Source: Octopus sinensis (Eukaryota). Taken from it: 64,000 nucleotides of DNA. The first letter of the stretch is position 1, and each line of letters opens with the position of its first letter. Where the stretch lies: NCBI RefSeq assembly GCF_006345805.1, contig NC_042997.1:99882001-99946000 (forward strand), written 5' to 3'. The position numbers and the translations under genes are program-made. Below are positions 42,815-56,581 of this stretch, piece by piece. Below the pieces are notes generated by a model that did no database searches, was not told where the DNA came from, and saw only the letters and a program-made list of their open reading frames with translations.

Positions 42815-43025
42815 CGAGGGGGTGCTGTAAAGTTCTTGGCTTCAAGTAAAAGAAAATACAGGAGGATCAGTTAATTATGATTTTATTCAACATATTTTCC
42901 TCTCAGATTCTTATTGCAGCAGTCCTTTAGTTTTTCGAAGCCCTGTAAAGGAACTTCAAAGACCGGGCCTCCAACCAGGCCCTTCGCTATACTCTTAAAG
43001 ACAAGAACTTTTCAGTACCCCCTCG
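42815..43025. mobile_element. Mariner-type MITE, 211 bp
   Basis: TA|cgagggggtgctgtaaagttcttg ... caagaacttttcagtacccctcg|TA. Confidence 0.85.
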
Positions 43026-43189
43026 TAGGGGGAATAATCTTGTATTGAACTTGATGGAAGAGTCTATCTTGTGTATATCTGCATATGTATATTATATGTC
43101 AATGTGTATCATAATTATAGCAATATTTTGTTAATACATGAAAACTATGCGACTGATATGAGCATTCAATAAAAATTTGAAAATCAGGT

Positions 43190-43417
43190 TTAATCCTTTA
43201 GCACTCAGATCTTTCTGTTAAATGTAATGCTTACTTATTCACATTGCTTTGAATTAATCATGAATAATCTCATAGCTTTGAGATTTCAATGATATGATCG
43301 TTTATTTTTAGAATGATACTGTAGAGTAAACATGGGACGCCAGATCTGGTTAGTTTGAACAAAAAACAGGCAGAATATTTGGGCTGGATAAGGCCAGTTT
43401 GAATGCCAAAGGGTTAA
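43190..43417. mobile_element. piggyBac-like TTAA MITE
   Basis: TTAA at both ends; tcctttagcactcag / gaatgccaaaggg termini. Confidence 0.8.
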
Positions 43418-43605
43418 AGAAATAATGCATTTGCGTGTGCGCAAGTGTGCATGCATGCATGTGCATGATATGTGAGTGAAGTTTATACATAGAAGCAAAA
43501 ATAAAATCTAGCTGCATATTGAAACAAATACATAATGTAAATAATTAGCAGACATGATTGTGATTCTAGCAGTTAGATATTTGCAGAACTGCATGGATAT
43601 ATAAG

Positions 43606-43853
43606 TAAAGTTCCATCTCGAGTCATATACACTCATAGGGATGGTTTTCTGGTTTCTATGGTGTATATATTCCCCACCTGGAGGGGATGCTGGTCCATCA
43701 CAGGATTACTCATTTTTGTCAGCTGAGTGGACTGGAGGAACATGAAGTAAAGTGTTTTGCTCAAGAACACAGTGCATCACCTGGTCCAGGAACTGAAACC
43801 ACAATCTTATGACCATGAATTCAGCACCCTAACCACTAAGCCATACACCTCCA
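43606..43853 (-). mobile_element. tRNA-derived SINE with a D-type head and a different tail
   Basis: Minus strand ggaggtgtaTGGCTTAGTGGttagggtgctg...GTTTCAGTTCC, then gtgttcttgagcaaaacac. Confidence 0.7.
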
Positions 43854-44042
43854 CTATGGATATGTGATGTCTTCATCAGTAGATCTATAATGGAAAATAT
43901 ATGAATGCATTGCTGCTTACAGACACTATAGTACAGAGATCTATGATACATAGAATAGCTCAAGATAGCTCAAGTACATAAATACATTCAATTTGCTTTG
44001 CAAAAGACTTTTGCAAGAGTGCTTGAATCACCAAGATCAACA

Positions 44043-44260
44043 TTAACCCTATTGATATCAATCTGTCTGAAGATGCCTCTGGTTCTAAGATACAAACTTC
44101 CCAAAGGATCTAAATTAAGAGCTTCCATCAAAATTTCACGTCAATTTATGTTCCAAACACTAGTTTAATAATGACAGTTATTTTACCAAATTCTTCTTAA
44201 TTTTAAAAACTGAAACAAAGGTAGCATATTTCAACATGCATATGGTGACAAAAGGGTTAA
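44043..44260. mobile_element. Second piggyBac-like TTAA MITE family (partial copy also at about 37139-37300)
   Basis: ttaaccct ... aagggttaa ends. Confidence 0.7.
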
Positions 44261-45594
44261 AAATAAAATTTAGGGATGAGCTGTTGTAAGAAAAATATTG
44301 CATAACTAAAGCAAAAATTACTTTTTATGCAATGTGATTTGCAAAAAGGGGTCAAAAACAGTGAAGAAAACAAGGTAAATGCAATAATGGACACAAATTT
44401 TGATGGGATTAGTTCTTTGACTATAGTGATTGGTACTTTATTTTACTGACCTCATAAGAATGAAAGGCAGACTTGACCTAAGAAAAATTTGAACTCAGAA
44501 TATAAAGAACAGGAACAAATATTGCAAAGCATTTTGTCAAACACTCAGGTAATTCTTCTGTCAACTCATAACCTTTAGTAATATGAAGATATATGTATAG
44601 CTAATACAGAGACACTTGAATGCAAAATCAATGCTATGTTTAAAAACACAATACATATTGGAAGATGACAATCATCCCAGCAATGGCTAACAAGATTGTC
44701 ACAGAAGTGGCAGTAAAATAAGCATTAGTATTTGTTGTGTGGATGCTCCCAGACGATGAAGTAGGCTAGCCCAATACGTAGATATAGAGGGAGAAGCCTA
44801 GACGTCGAGAGTAGAAGAGAAGAGTAGTGTTGAGTAGTAGAGGCATCCAAACATGCGACATAACAGTATTATAATGTATAATAAAGTTGATTTCATTAAC
44901 TATAACCCACTCTCTTTTGCATAAATGTGCTCATTGAAAAAAGAAAATAATCTTTTTGCAAAAATATTCATTATGCTGTCACTGAAAATATTGACTAAGA
45001 TTGAAAAGAACTGGAAAAGTTCCCTATTCTAAAACAGAAACTAATCTAAAATAATACATTCCTAGATTTTACATATGTCATTCATTCTCATTAAATTTAC
45101 TTCTGAATAGTAAACCAGAGCTGATTAACCCTCATGGGACAATCAAGCCGATTGATCAGCCCAAGTGATGCAAGCTGAAAGGACTTTGCAGCTGATTCAT
45201 CAGCCCGATGGAACAAATGTTGTGAATGGTTGGTTTTGAAGTGTAATAGCTAATCAGAGATCATCTTTTCAGTAGATGTATCTCAACAGAAAAAAAAAGT
45301 GTTAGTCTTTTTGACTAAAAAAATACTAAAACACCATGTGACTCAAAAGGGTTAAAATATAGAAATGTGAGAGATATTATGCTAACACAAGCCCACTTTG
45401 AATTTGTTCAGCAAGTCAATGAAACAAGTAATCAATCATACAGCTCTAGGCCATAGGCTTCATTTCCCAGATCACTTGGTACATTGTGCTCTTGAACAAA
45501 ACACTTAATTTCACATTACTTCAGTAGACCCAGTTAAAAATGAATACCAGCAACAACTGGTTAAGCCTGCAACAGAATGGTATCCCATCTAAGG

Positions 45595-45749
45595 CAGTGC
45601 TACGCAACCCTTTTTCACTTGCGGAACACTTATATTCGTTTCAAAATTCAGCAGCACACCTGAACTAAAAGTATAGGGAAGACATTATATTCAGGTTTCA
45701 CTGGGGCACACCTAGCATCATCTCATGGCACACTGGTTGTGGAGCACTG
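45595..45749. mobile_element. hAT (Charlie-type) MITE nested in a decayed SINE
   Basis: TIRs cagtgctacgcaacc / ggttgtggagcactg; 8-bp flanks atctaagg / atctatag (6 of 8 identical). Confidence 0.7.
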
Positions 45750-46316
45750 ATCTATAGGAAGGTCTTGCACTCTCAGTCACTTAAATTCCACAGAAACCAG
45801 GATAAGTTTCAGCCTAATGAGACTGCAGGCTCATAACAGACTAAAGACCAAAGACCTATTTACAGCTAAGTAGGATGGGCCAAAGAAAGTTATGATCTAA
45901 TGATTCTTCAGTTTGTAGTGCAAAGCTTTAATCGACTTAACCTGCTGTAAATCCCAAAAGTGATCAGAGGAATAAGATTGAAGTATTATCTGTTGGAAAT
46001 GTAATACTAACTCTAAAGGTTTAAATGTATCCAAAAGAGATTGAGAAAACAGCTGTTTCTAAAGTGTCACTAATAGACATTGAAAGAGAAATAAGTTGTT
46101 GGGTTATTTCTTCCTTTGCTTGTTTCTTCTTATTTATTAGTCCCAAGAGAAAAGGAAGGCCACTATAGTCTAGTTCTACCTTCATAGACTGATCCATTGA
46201 AACAACTGGGGGTGGTTAATATAATCTCAACCAGATTTAGCAATATATAAAATATATCAGATATTGAACAATGTTAAAAAAAACAATTATGTTGACTACA
46301 GAATGGCCTGGTCCCT

Positions 46317-46545
46317 TTAACCTTTTAGTATTCAAACCAACCATATCAGGCCCAAATATTCAACATGTTTTGTGTTCAAACTGACCAGATCTGGACTCTC
46401 ACACCTACCCCACAATGTCATTCTAAAAGTACACAATCACATCATTGAAATCTCAAAGCTACAAGATAATGCATGATTAATTCAAAACGATGTGAATAAA
46501 TAAACATTACATTTGATAGAATAATATGAACCACTAAAAGGTTAA
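46317..46545. mobile_element. piggyBac-like TTAA MITE
   Basis: TTAA at both ends; opposite orientation to 43190-43417. Confidence 0.8.
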
Positions 46546-46889
46546 ACTACATCCTTTGATGAATAGATCCTCTGAAATCACTTCTATGTTTTTGTGGAGA
46601 CCCTCTAAAAGATTTTCTAACATTATTTATCTTGATGCAAAAACTAACAATCTGAGAGAGAGAGAGAGACAACATTTTGAAATTGATCTTAACAAGATTA
46701 GGATTACAATTCATTCTCAAGGATCTATACATACAGACATCTAAGCGTGAACAATGGTATATGCAAGAAACTAAGCAGAAAAAGAGTGACTCATCAGCTA
46801 CTTCCAAAGAAACATATTCCACAGGGACTGAGTATTCTTTCTCTCATTTGTAACCCCAAACACACACACACACACACACACACATTAAT

Positions 46890-47160
46890 GCTGTTCCCCC
46901 TGGTGAAGCGGTCTGCAAGAGTCCCCATGCCAGTACCATGTAAAAAGCACTCGTGCCTTTAACATGGCACTGGCATGAGTGCTATGTTAAGGGCACCCAG
47001 CACACACTATAAAGTGGTTGGCATTAGAAGGGCATCCAGCCTTAGAAACCAAACCAAATCAAACTGGAACCTGGTGAGGCTCTCCAGCTTGCCACCTCTG
47101 GTCAAACTGTCCATCCCATGCCAGCATGGAAAAATGGATGTTAAAAGATAATGATGATGA
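46890..47160 (+). mobile_element. Family C retroposon
   Basis: C core and tail. Confidence 0.75.
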
Positions 47161-48049
47161 GAAGGAGGAGGAGAATGATATATGGGAAGAGAGAGAGCAA
47201 GAGAAGGAGATGCATACATACACAAACATAAATATATGCATGTGTGTTTGTGTTTGTGTGTGTGTTTTGTGTTCATGTGTGTTATAATCATCATCCTTAT
47301 CACTGTCCACTTTAATGTGCCTGTATGGGTCAAATGGAATTCATTAAGATAAATTTTCTAAAGTCAGATGCTCATTCTGAATGTTTCTTTTGAGTCCTTC
47401 AAACATGAACAGCTCAAAGGCTGGATGTCTTTTCATGGAAGATTGAAAGCAAATAACAACATTTTTATATGAACGGTGACTTTGTTTACAAGCAGCACAG
47501 TGTCAAGACAGGAAGACAAACACAGACACATAGATCGGTAGATATACATATCATAGCAGGTTTCTTTCAGTTCCATCCTCCAAATTCACACGTAAGGCTT
47601 TAACTGGCCCAGCAGGATAATAGAGGGAACTTGCCCAAGGAGCTGTGCAATTAGGACTGAATCAATAAACAATGCTGATGATGGATATATAAATACACAT
47701 ACATACATTCATGCATGTATGCATATATGTATACCATCATCATCATCATCATCATCGTTTAACATCCGTCTTCCATGCATGCTTGGGTAGGACAGTTGAC
47801 AGGAGTTGGCCAGGTAGAAGACTACCCCAGGCTACTGTGTCTGTTTCGACAGGGTTTTTACAGTTCATTAACAAGCAATGATCATACTTATTACTGAACT
47901 GACTTTCATCACATTTGTGTGTGAGTGCATGCATGCATGCGTGTGTGTGTGTGTGTTTGTGAAGAAAAGATCTTATCAATCTGCAAGAATATTTTGACAT
48001 TAAACACATACACACACGTACGCACACACACACACATACACACACACGT

Positions 48050-48116
<67 letters not shown>

Positions 48117-48435
48117 ACAATTGCAGCATGGAAGGTGTTTATAAACCATTTAAGAAACACACAAAATCCGTTAGATTCACTTCAACATTTCAATTTAATT
48201 TGTCAAAGTATTTTCGTCACTTTGAAGCCGCAACCTGTTCACTGAGAAAATTCTATGCTGCACAGAATTTTGTCAGTGAAAAGGTCGTGGTCTCAAAGTG
48301 CTGAAAATATTTTGACAAATTAAATTTAAATGTTGAAGTGAATCTAATGGATTTTGTATGTTTCTTAAATGGCAATTGTTTTCGTTCCAGCACACGATCT
48401 CAGATCAGGTCACTTGCTATGCAAGTACATCTCTG

Positions 48436-48440
<5 letters not shown>
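48117..48440. mobile_element. Palindromic MITE between microsatellites; hairpin 48146-48372
   Basis: About 112-bp arms around a 3-nt loop (48258-48260); the right terminus is the reverse complement of 950-1018. Confidence 0.8.
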
Positions 48441-48480
<40 letters not shown>

Positions 48481-48628
48481 AAGACATGCAGGAAGTAAAT
48501 AGACACCTTTAATTTTCAAAATTTCTGATCTAAGCATCTTAATATGTTTTCAGCGATGTAGAATTTACAATGTAATTATTCTTTTTCATTCCAGGTGCCA
48601 TTATATTAAACATCTTCAAAGAGTAACC

Positions 48629-48950
48629 ATGCCATGCACAAAAAATTCAGCAGAACTGTCAGATTTTCAAAGAGGTCGTATTGTTGGGCAATCTGAGGCT
48701 GGTCTTTAGCCAGCGAAAAACTGCCAAAAATCTTTAAATTCCTCTTTCTACAGTTAATACAATTATAGTGCAATTCAAAAGCCAAGGAAAAGAATCAACA
48801 GATCCTTGTCCCAGCCAACCTGGGTCCTCGGAAAGGAAGCTTTGGTGTTTGAAGAGAATTGTGGAAAACGAACCCCATTCGAAGGTTTCTGACATTGCAA
48901 AACAGCTAGAAGTCAGTCCAAGAACGTGTGTTACATATCTGCATAAGCTT
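48629..48950 (+). pseudogene. Tc1-family transposase N-terminal (paired HTH) remnant
   Basis: MPCTKNSAELSDFQRGRIVG, a frameshift, then IPLSTVNTII...KRIVENEPHSKVSDIAKQLEVS. Confidence 0.85.
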
Positions 48951-49838
48951 AACATGTGTGTGTGTGTCTGTTTGTGTGTGTATTAACATCTCCCACACTA
49001 CAGAAGAGTTGGCTCCTATAAATCTTAGTACAACATGGAATTCCATAATGGTAAATGTATTTCTCAATGACTTCCATGTAACAAGGAAGCAAATGGAAAA
49101 TAGGTTTCATGTTACAGAGTTCTACATTACTGCAAGATTGTCAGGAATCTAAGGGTTCCATAGTTGTAGGTGTGTGTGTATGTGTGTGTGTGTGCACACA
49201 TGTATGCATATATACACACATACACAAAATATATGTATATATGATTAGACAGATCAACAGACATGACAGACATTTCAATTCTAGATTAGTTCTTAAAGAC
49301 AAAAAAAAAATACAAAATAATTAGATTTTATATAAATAAAACAATAGTGTTGATAAAGACAATGACAACAAAACTAGCAATATTGTGGCAGTGTTGCTGT
49401 TGTTGTTGTTGGCTGTGGTGGCAGTGATGGAGGTGCCACTGGGCATACACAAGAACCAGTTTAGAGACATCCATAATTAGGAGCCTTCTAGGCATCATTT
49501 TGTTAGCAGGTGAGAATGAGTAATAGACTGAGAAGACAATAACTAAGGTTGGCACTACCAAACAAGCAAGGGCAAAAATCAGCTGGCAAAGTGACAATGG
49601 TGGTGGAAACTTAAAGGAATGATGATGATGACACTGACAGCAACAACAATTATCGGGGACTTGATCAAGAACAGAAATGATAAATGGGATATTTATCTTA
49701 AACACCACAATCAACTTTAAGAATACAACACACAAATTCTTTCTGTCTAAACATATAGCTAATCTCAGCATCACTATAATAGATCATATAGCACTTAAGT
49801 TAACTTTCAGCCTCTGCTTATTCTTCTGCTTATATACC

Positions 49839-49890
<52 letters not shown>

Positions 49891-50082
49891 CATTATTATT
49901 ATTATTGAGGTGTAAAGCTGGAAGAATTGTTATCACATTGGGCGAAATGCTTAACGGCATTTCATCCATCTTCACTTTCTGAGTTCAAATTCCACAAAAG
50001 TCGACTTTGCCTTTCACTCTTTCGGGGTCAATAAATTAAGTACTAGTGCAAGGGCACTTTTGTTATCAGCACATTCATTCCA

Positions 50083-50590
50083 TTTTAGATGGTAGTATAT
50101 GGACTGTACCCATCAAAGTTATCGTTTGTAGTTCACGGAGATTGGAGTTACCAAGGGGTTGCTTAATATACTTCTCAGCTCCCTTCTTTATCATTCCCAA
50201 TGCACCAATTACTACTGGTATTATCGTAGTACTAAGCTTCCATACTTTTGTGATTTCAATTTCGAGATCTTTATAGTGAGAAAGCTTTTCGTATTATTTT
50301 CTTGAGACATTTTGATCTTGTGGAACAGACATATCTATTAACAACAGACAAGTTCCTCTGTTGTAGTCCTTGATCACAATGTCTGGTCAATTGGTGTCAA
50401 CTTCTCTGTCTGTTTGTATTGGGAAGTTTTAAAGATGGTGACGCCCTCGCCATTTACCACATCCTCTGGATGGTGCCTGTACCACTTATCATGGGACTTA
50501 ATTTTGTAGTATTTACATGCATTCTAGTGGATGTATTGCCCTAGTCTGTCATGTCTTATGGGGTACTCCTTTTCAGCAAGAACTGGGCAT
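50083..50590 (-). pseudogene. 3' end of an RLE-type non-LTR retrotransposon (R4/Dong/NeSL-like): RHD motif plus PD..D endonuclease
   Basis: Minus translation EYPIRHDRLGQYIH...PDIVIKD...LLIDMSVP...EKLSHYKDLEIEITKVWKLSTTIIPVVIGALG, with stops and a frameshift. Confidence 0.85.
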
Positions 50591-50619
50591 ATGATTAAGG
50601 CATCAAAATGGTAGAATTG

Positions 50620-50976
50620 TTATCATGCTGAGTAAAATGTTTAGTGTTATTTCATCCATTTTTACATTCTGAGTTCAAATTCTACCGTTGACTTTGCCTA
50701 TCATCTTTTCAGGGTCAAAACAATAAGTACCAGTTGAGTACTGGGTTCAATGTAATCAGCTTTTCTCCGCCACTAAAAGTGCTGGCCTTGTGCTAAAATT
50801 TGAAATCATCATCGCTGTTGTTGTTGTTGTTATTAGCAGTCCAGGCATTTTGTCTGTCTTTACATTCTGAGCTCAAATTCCACAGAAGTCAGCTTTACCT
50901 TTCATTCTTTCAGGGTGAATAAAATCAGAACCAGTTCAGCACTGTGACTGATATGATCAATTACCCCCCCCCTGAA

Positions 50977-50990
<14 letters not shown>
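50620..50990 (+). mobile_element. Two SINE family B copies in tandem
   Basis: ctgagttcaaattc...ctttcatcttttcagggt cores, (ATT)n tail. Confidence 0.75.
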
Positions 50991-51008
<18 letters not shown>

Positions 51009-51400
51009 TTCTACTCCTTTGTTTACTTCTTTGTCTTCTTCCAGACATTCACTAGTGAGAGCAAACAAGGAAGCTTCTAGGTGGTAACTTAACCTAGTAA
51101 AAATAGCAACCAAACCACTCTTAAATCACATCCTTATTGACCTGAAATAAAGTAAAGTGACATGAAATGATGACATTCTAGACCAAGCATGAGCAGCCTT
51201 TCTCAAGAAGCAGACCACATGAGATGGCCTCAAGTGAGCCACACAACTCTGCCATTCTGAAAGTCCCAAAGGCCACAGATTGACCATGATTGTCCTAGAT
51301 ACACCTAAAAAAGATAGCTTAATGGTACAGAGCACTCAAAAGCAATTTGAGAGGTACAGGATTCAAATCTTCGAAGCAGCTAGCTGACCACTTTTTCATA

Positions 51401-51783
51401 GACACTGACATGGCTGTGTGGTAAAAGGTTTGCTTCCCAACCTCACGGTTCCTGATTCAGTCCCACTGCATGGCACCTTGGACAAGTGTCTTCTTATACT
51501 ATAGCCTTTGGCTGACCAAAGTCTTGTAAGTAGATTTGGTAGATGGAAGCTAAAAGCCCTATATGTGTGTGTGTGTTGTGTGTGTGTGTGTGTCTCACTA
51601 TTGCTTGACAACCAGTGTTGGTGTGTTTATGTCCTTGTAACTTATCAGTTCAGCAAAAGTGACCAATAGAATAAATACCAGACTTTAAACAGAAAAAATA
51701 AAAGTACTAGTGTCAATTCATTCAACTAAGAATTCTCCAGCATCGCTGCAATCTAATGACTGTAACAAGTGGAAGATAAAAGA
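51401..51783 (+). mobile_element. SINE family A
   Basis: Match to the other A copies. Confidence 0.8.
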
Positions 51784-52974
51784 CAATTATGGTTGGAATA
51801 ACTTTCACCATAAGCCTGCTTTTGACCACAGTTGACCTGGGGCTAAACAACAACGACTTTTCATCAAGCTCCCCTCTTTACACATATACTCCAATCCTAA
51901 ATTGCTTGTATGGTAAGTTAAGGGCAAGGAAGGTATTCCAAATACAGTTTACTTGTAAAACCTGATTTGTTGTAATAAAATTGTCTTTTGGCAGCCTAGA
52001 TGTGACTGTAGATAAAACTACTTTGTACAAGATTAACTTACCAACAATTATGTGGCCTTCCAGCAATTTACATTTGGTTCCCATCATGACATCCAGAAAA
52101 GTGAGTGTCTAACTGATGCTAGATGTGATAACCATGCCACAAACACCTTGGTATAAACAGGTATGCGGAAATCATCATCATCGTCATTTAGTGTACAATT
52201 TCTATGCTTGCATGGGTCAGACGGAATTTACTGAGGCAGTAATTTGTATGACAATGATGCTCATTTCTAACCATCACATGATGTTGAGACAAAGGTGCAC
52301 ACATATACACGTATGTATGTATGTATGTATGTATGTATGTATGCATGCATGCATGAATGAATGAATGAATGAATGAATGCATGCATGCTATAGTAGAAAA
52401 CACCCAAAGTGCCATGCAGTAAGGTTGAACCTAGAACCATGTGGTTGAGAAGCAAGCATCTTACCAGAGAGCCATACTTGCACCTATATATCCTTAAATC
52501 CTTAAAAATGTTTTAGCCCGAAGGCCACGGCCATGCTGGGGCACCACCTTTAGTTGAAGAAATTGTTTATTATTTTATTTATTTGGGGGGGGGGATTGTC
52601 AGTGTTTATCTTGCTTCTCAGAATCATGTGGTATTAGGTTCAGTTCCATTGAGTGGCACCTTGGGCAAGTGTCCTTTACTATAGCTCAGGGCCAACAAAA
52701 GCCTTATGTACATACATGCATGCATGTATGTATGTATATGTATGTATGTATTAAGATTCTGATGACCAAATTCACTCAGAAGGCATTTGTTGCCCCTGAG
52801 CTATAGTAAAAGACACTTGCCCAAGATGCCACTCAATGGAACTGAACCTAATACCACATGATTCTGAGAAGCAAGATAAACACTGACAATAAAAAAAATG
52901 ATAAAATAATAAACATATAAAGGTCAGGTATGGCTGTCTGGTAAGACGATTGCTTCTCAACCACATGGTTCTAG

Positions 52975-53213
52975 TGAAATTGTAGTTGTAGCTGATGCCA
53001 CTGTCATATAAGTGGCACTCATGCTAATGGCACATAAAAAGCACCCATTATACTCCGGGGGTGGTTGGCATTAGGAAGGGCATCCAGCTGTAGAAATTAT
53101 GCTAAAACAGACTGGAATCTGGTGCAGACCTCTCAATTACCAGTTCCAGTCAAACTGTCTAACCCATGACAGCATGGAAAGCAGACGCTAAATGATGATG
53201 ATGATGATGATGA
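52975..53213 (+). mobile_element. Family C retroposon
   Basis: C core and (GAT)n tail. Confidence 0.75.
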
Positions 53214-53559
53214 CAAATTTGTAGTATAAGGATATGGATTCAGAGAATCATGTGGCTATCACAGAAAGCTCTTCTCATGGACTTGGCTAACAATCCACAT
53301 AGTAATTCAAAATAGAGAAATGTAATGCAGAGTGACCATGCAGCTGAAATCCAGAAGATCAGACAGATGTAATTTTTTTCTCAAGGGAGTAATGATGAGT
53401 TTGTATATTAATGCAAACATATAAGCATACTTTCTTCCACACTAAAATTACCACTACATGAAGAAGGTTGTGAAATGCTCATAATCCTAAGGATGTCACA
53501 TGGTTGAATAAATATACATCCACCTCTCATACTTCCTGACTTTTATGATTTATATATTA

Positions 53560-53856
53560 TTTTATTCTTTTATTTGTTTCAGTCACCAGACTGCAGCCAT
53601 GCTGGAGCACCACTCTGAAAGGGTCTTAGTCAAACTAATCAACCCCAGGGTTTATTATTATTTTTTTTTTAAGCCTAACACTCATTCTATTGGTCTCCTC
53701 CGCTGAACTACCAAGTTACAGGAACACAAACATACCAAAACCAGTTGTCAAGGGGTAATGAAGGGACAAACATAGACACAAAGACACACACACACACACA
53801 CCACACACACACACACACATAGATACATACATATACATGCATATACATACATATAT

Positions 53857-53908
<52 letters not shown>

Positions 53909-54144
53909 TATTCATTTTTTTTTTCATTTTATCTAGTTTCAGCTCACGAGCTATGGCCATGCTGGGGCCACGTACATATTTATATATATACACACAATGC
54001 ACTTCTTTCAGTTTCCATCTACCAAATCTACTCACAAAGCTTTGGTCAGCCCAAGATATAGTAGAAGACACTTGCCCAAGGTGCCATGCAGTGGGACTGA
54101 ACTCAGAGTCATGTGGTTGAGAAGCAAGCTTAACAAACAGCCAC

Positions 54145-54150
<6 letters not shown>
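53560..54150 (-). mobile_element. SINE family A with an expanded central microsatellite
   Basis: Match to the other A copies. Confidence 0.8.
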
Positions 54151-54185
<35 letters not shown>

Positions 54186-54825
54186 ATACATATGTGTTTG
54201 TTTAAAGTCGGTGTAATTGTTTACATTCTGCACTTCGCATGAAGCATTGAGCAAAAGAATCAAGGACATTTGTTGATATTCCCTGTCAAAGAATCATCCC
54301 CTACCTCTGTGCTTTCAGACAAGTGGAATAAATAATCTCTTACTTGAAAAAACAGGTAAGGCTTAGTGACAGTAATGCCATCCAGCTGTAAAACCATGCT
54401 TCAACAATATGTATTTCTTCAACCCATTCAAGCATAGAAATACAAACCTCAAACTAACAAACAAAGTAATGACTACACTGCATGCTCATGTAAGCAATCA
54501 GAATTATCCTGCATTGGGTGATCAACCCTTTTGACTTCAAATGAGGAGGAAATATGAGTTGTGATGTGCATACATTTCAAAAGGAAATTAATGGAATAAA
54601 TGAATTGGATTTAATTAAAAATTTGAACATGTGTCATAGAATTCATTTGCTAGCCAACTGTGCTATGGTACACACTATAAAAAGAAGAACTACAAAGACA
54701 GAAAACAAAAAGAAGAATGGCATAGAATGGCAAAGAATAAGAGCTAGCTGCAGCACCAGCAAAAATATATTTTAACATTTTAAGACTAACATTAAAAAGT
54801 TTGTTACAAAAAATATTATATAGAT

Positions 54826-55495
54826 GCAGGTGCAGCTGTGTGGTAAGACGTTTGCTTCCCAACAACATGTTTCCAGGTTCAATCCCACTGTGCGGTACCT
54901 TAGGCAAGTATCTTCTACTACAACCCCAAGCCGACCAAAGCCTTGTGAGTTGATTTGACAAACAGAAACTGAAAGACATTGAAGGCTGTGAGCTGGCAGA
55001 AACGTTAGCACGCAGGGCAAAAAGCTTAGCAGTATTTCGTCTGCTAATACATTCTGAGTTCAAATTCCACCGAGATCGACTTTGCCTTTCATCCTTTCAG
55101 GGTGGATAAATTAAGTACCAGTTATGCACTGGGGTCGATCTAATCAACTTAATCCCTTTATCTGTCCTTGCTTGTCCCCTCTATGTTTAGACCCTTGTGG
55201 GCTATAAAGAAATAAGAAACTGAAAGAAGCCTGCTGTATACATGTAAATTTATACATCTACATATGTGCATCTTTGTGTCCATGTTTGATCCCCACTGCT
55301 ACTTGACAACCAGTGTTGGTGTGATTATGTCCCCATAACTTAGCAGTTTGGCAAAAGAAACCAACTGAATAAGTACCAGGCTCAACAAAAATAAATACTT
55401 GGTTGATTCACTCAACTAAAACATTCTTGAAGGCGGTGCCCCAGTATGGCCATAGACCAATGACTGAAACAAGTACAATATAAAAGGATAAAAGA
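54826..55495 (+). mobile_element. SINE family A interrupted by B2 (54977-55214)
   Basis: 13-bp duplication agaaactgaaaga at 54964-54976 and 55215-55227. Confidence 0.85.
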
Positions 55496-55599
55496 TAGGG
55501 CATTGATTAAGCTTCTACCATTTTTATAATAAGAAATAAAGAAACTGTTAACTTTAGTCAGTCACAGTCTCTGATGTCCAAAACATAGTCTAACACACA

Positions 55600-56170
55600 A
55601 AGATCTGGCTCTATAAAAGAATAATTCTACAGTTCTCTATGCTAATGAGACATGGAAGAGCACTGCAAAAGTCAAGAGATGGCTAAGTGTGTCCCACCAA
55701 AGATGCTTAGGAAGGAATTTGAGAATGTACTGACAAGACCATGTAACTAATGTATTCTTGTTTTGTTTTGTTTTTGTTTTGTTTTGTTTTTTTTTGTTTT
55801 TTTTTTGTTAATTCTGTTATACAAAAAAAATAAATTGATTCAATGAATTATATCAGTTCAATTTTTCTTGTGTGAAGTTACCAATCTAAAAAGAGCCAAC
55901 ACAAGACTACTTAGCGAAATCATCACAGGATGAAGATAAAAATTAGCAGGTCACATACTCTGGCTCCCAGTAGTAATGCCACTCTAAAACAGTTTTCACG
56001 TGGACACCAGCAGAACAGGGAGAAAAAACAAGAGAGCAAGACTAAAAGCTAAATGGCACAGAACATTCATAACCAACATAAGAAAGGCCAATATTGCATG
56101 GGTGGATGTAGAGAAAATCATAACAAACAGAAACCAGTATTATCAGAGGCCCAGCATGGCTTTAGGCTAA
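55600..56170 (+). pseudogene. RTE-clade LINE RT C-terminal remnant
   Basis: VLYANETWKSTAKVKRWLSVSHQRCLGRNL...DHVTN, then AGHILW...RTGRKNKRARLKAKWHRTF; matches the RTE LLYGSETW/FHxRCLRRIL/AGHILR/GRPKxTW pattern. Confidence 0.75.
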
Positions 56171-56581
56171 TGAGTGAAACAGATAAAAGATATATATTAA
56201 GTGTATGGATACAGAATCCATTTTTCCCACAAAATGGATATGCTTTGAGTGGCAATTCATTTCATACACCTCATTTCACCAGGAAATTAACTTACTGCAA
56301 TTTTTTTTCTTTCTTTTCTTCATAGTTACATTCTAAGTTTAGCTCTTTGATACCCTCCTGCCTGAAACCGGTCTCCTCTGGTTTTATATCTAATTTTAAA
56401 ATTACAGAATCACAACATTCCATCATAATTTTATTAAGTTATATTTCAAACACCATCTTAAAATGAAAATGTCAGTTATTCTTTCATATCCTTTCAAATT
56501 CTTAATTATTTTCAAAACTAAGTGATATATATATAGAAAATGTAATTTTTTTTTTTTAGAAATATGATAAACAAAATGCAC

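Noticed and set aside
49328-49774. 148-aa minus ORF
   Set aside because: Low complexity, no motif, no clear splice signals.
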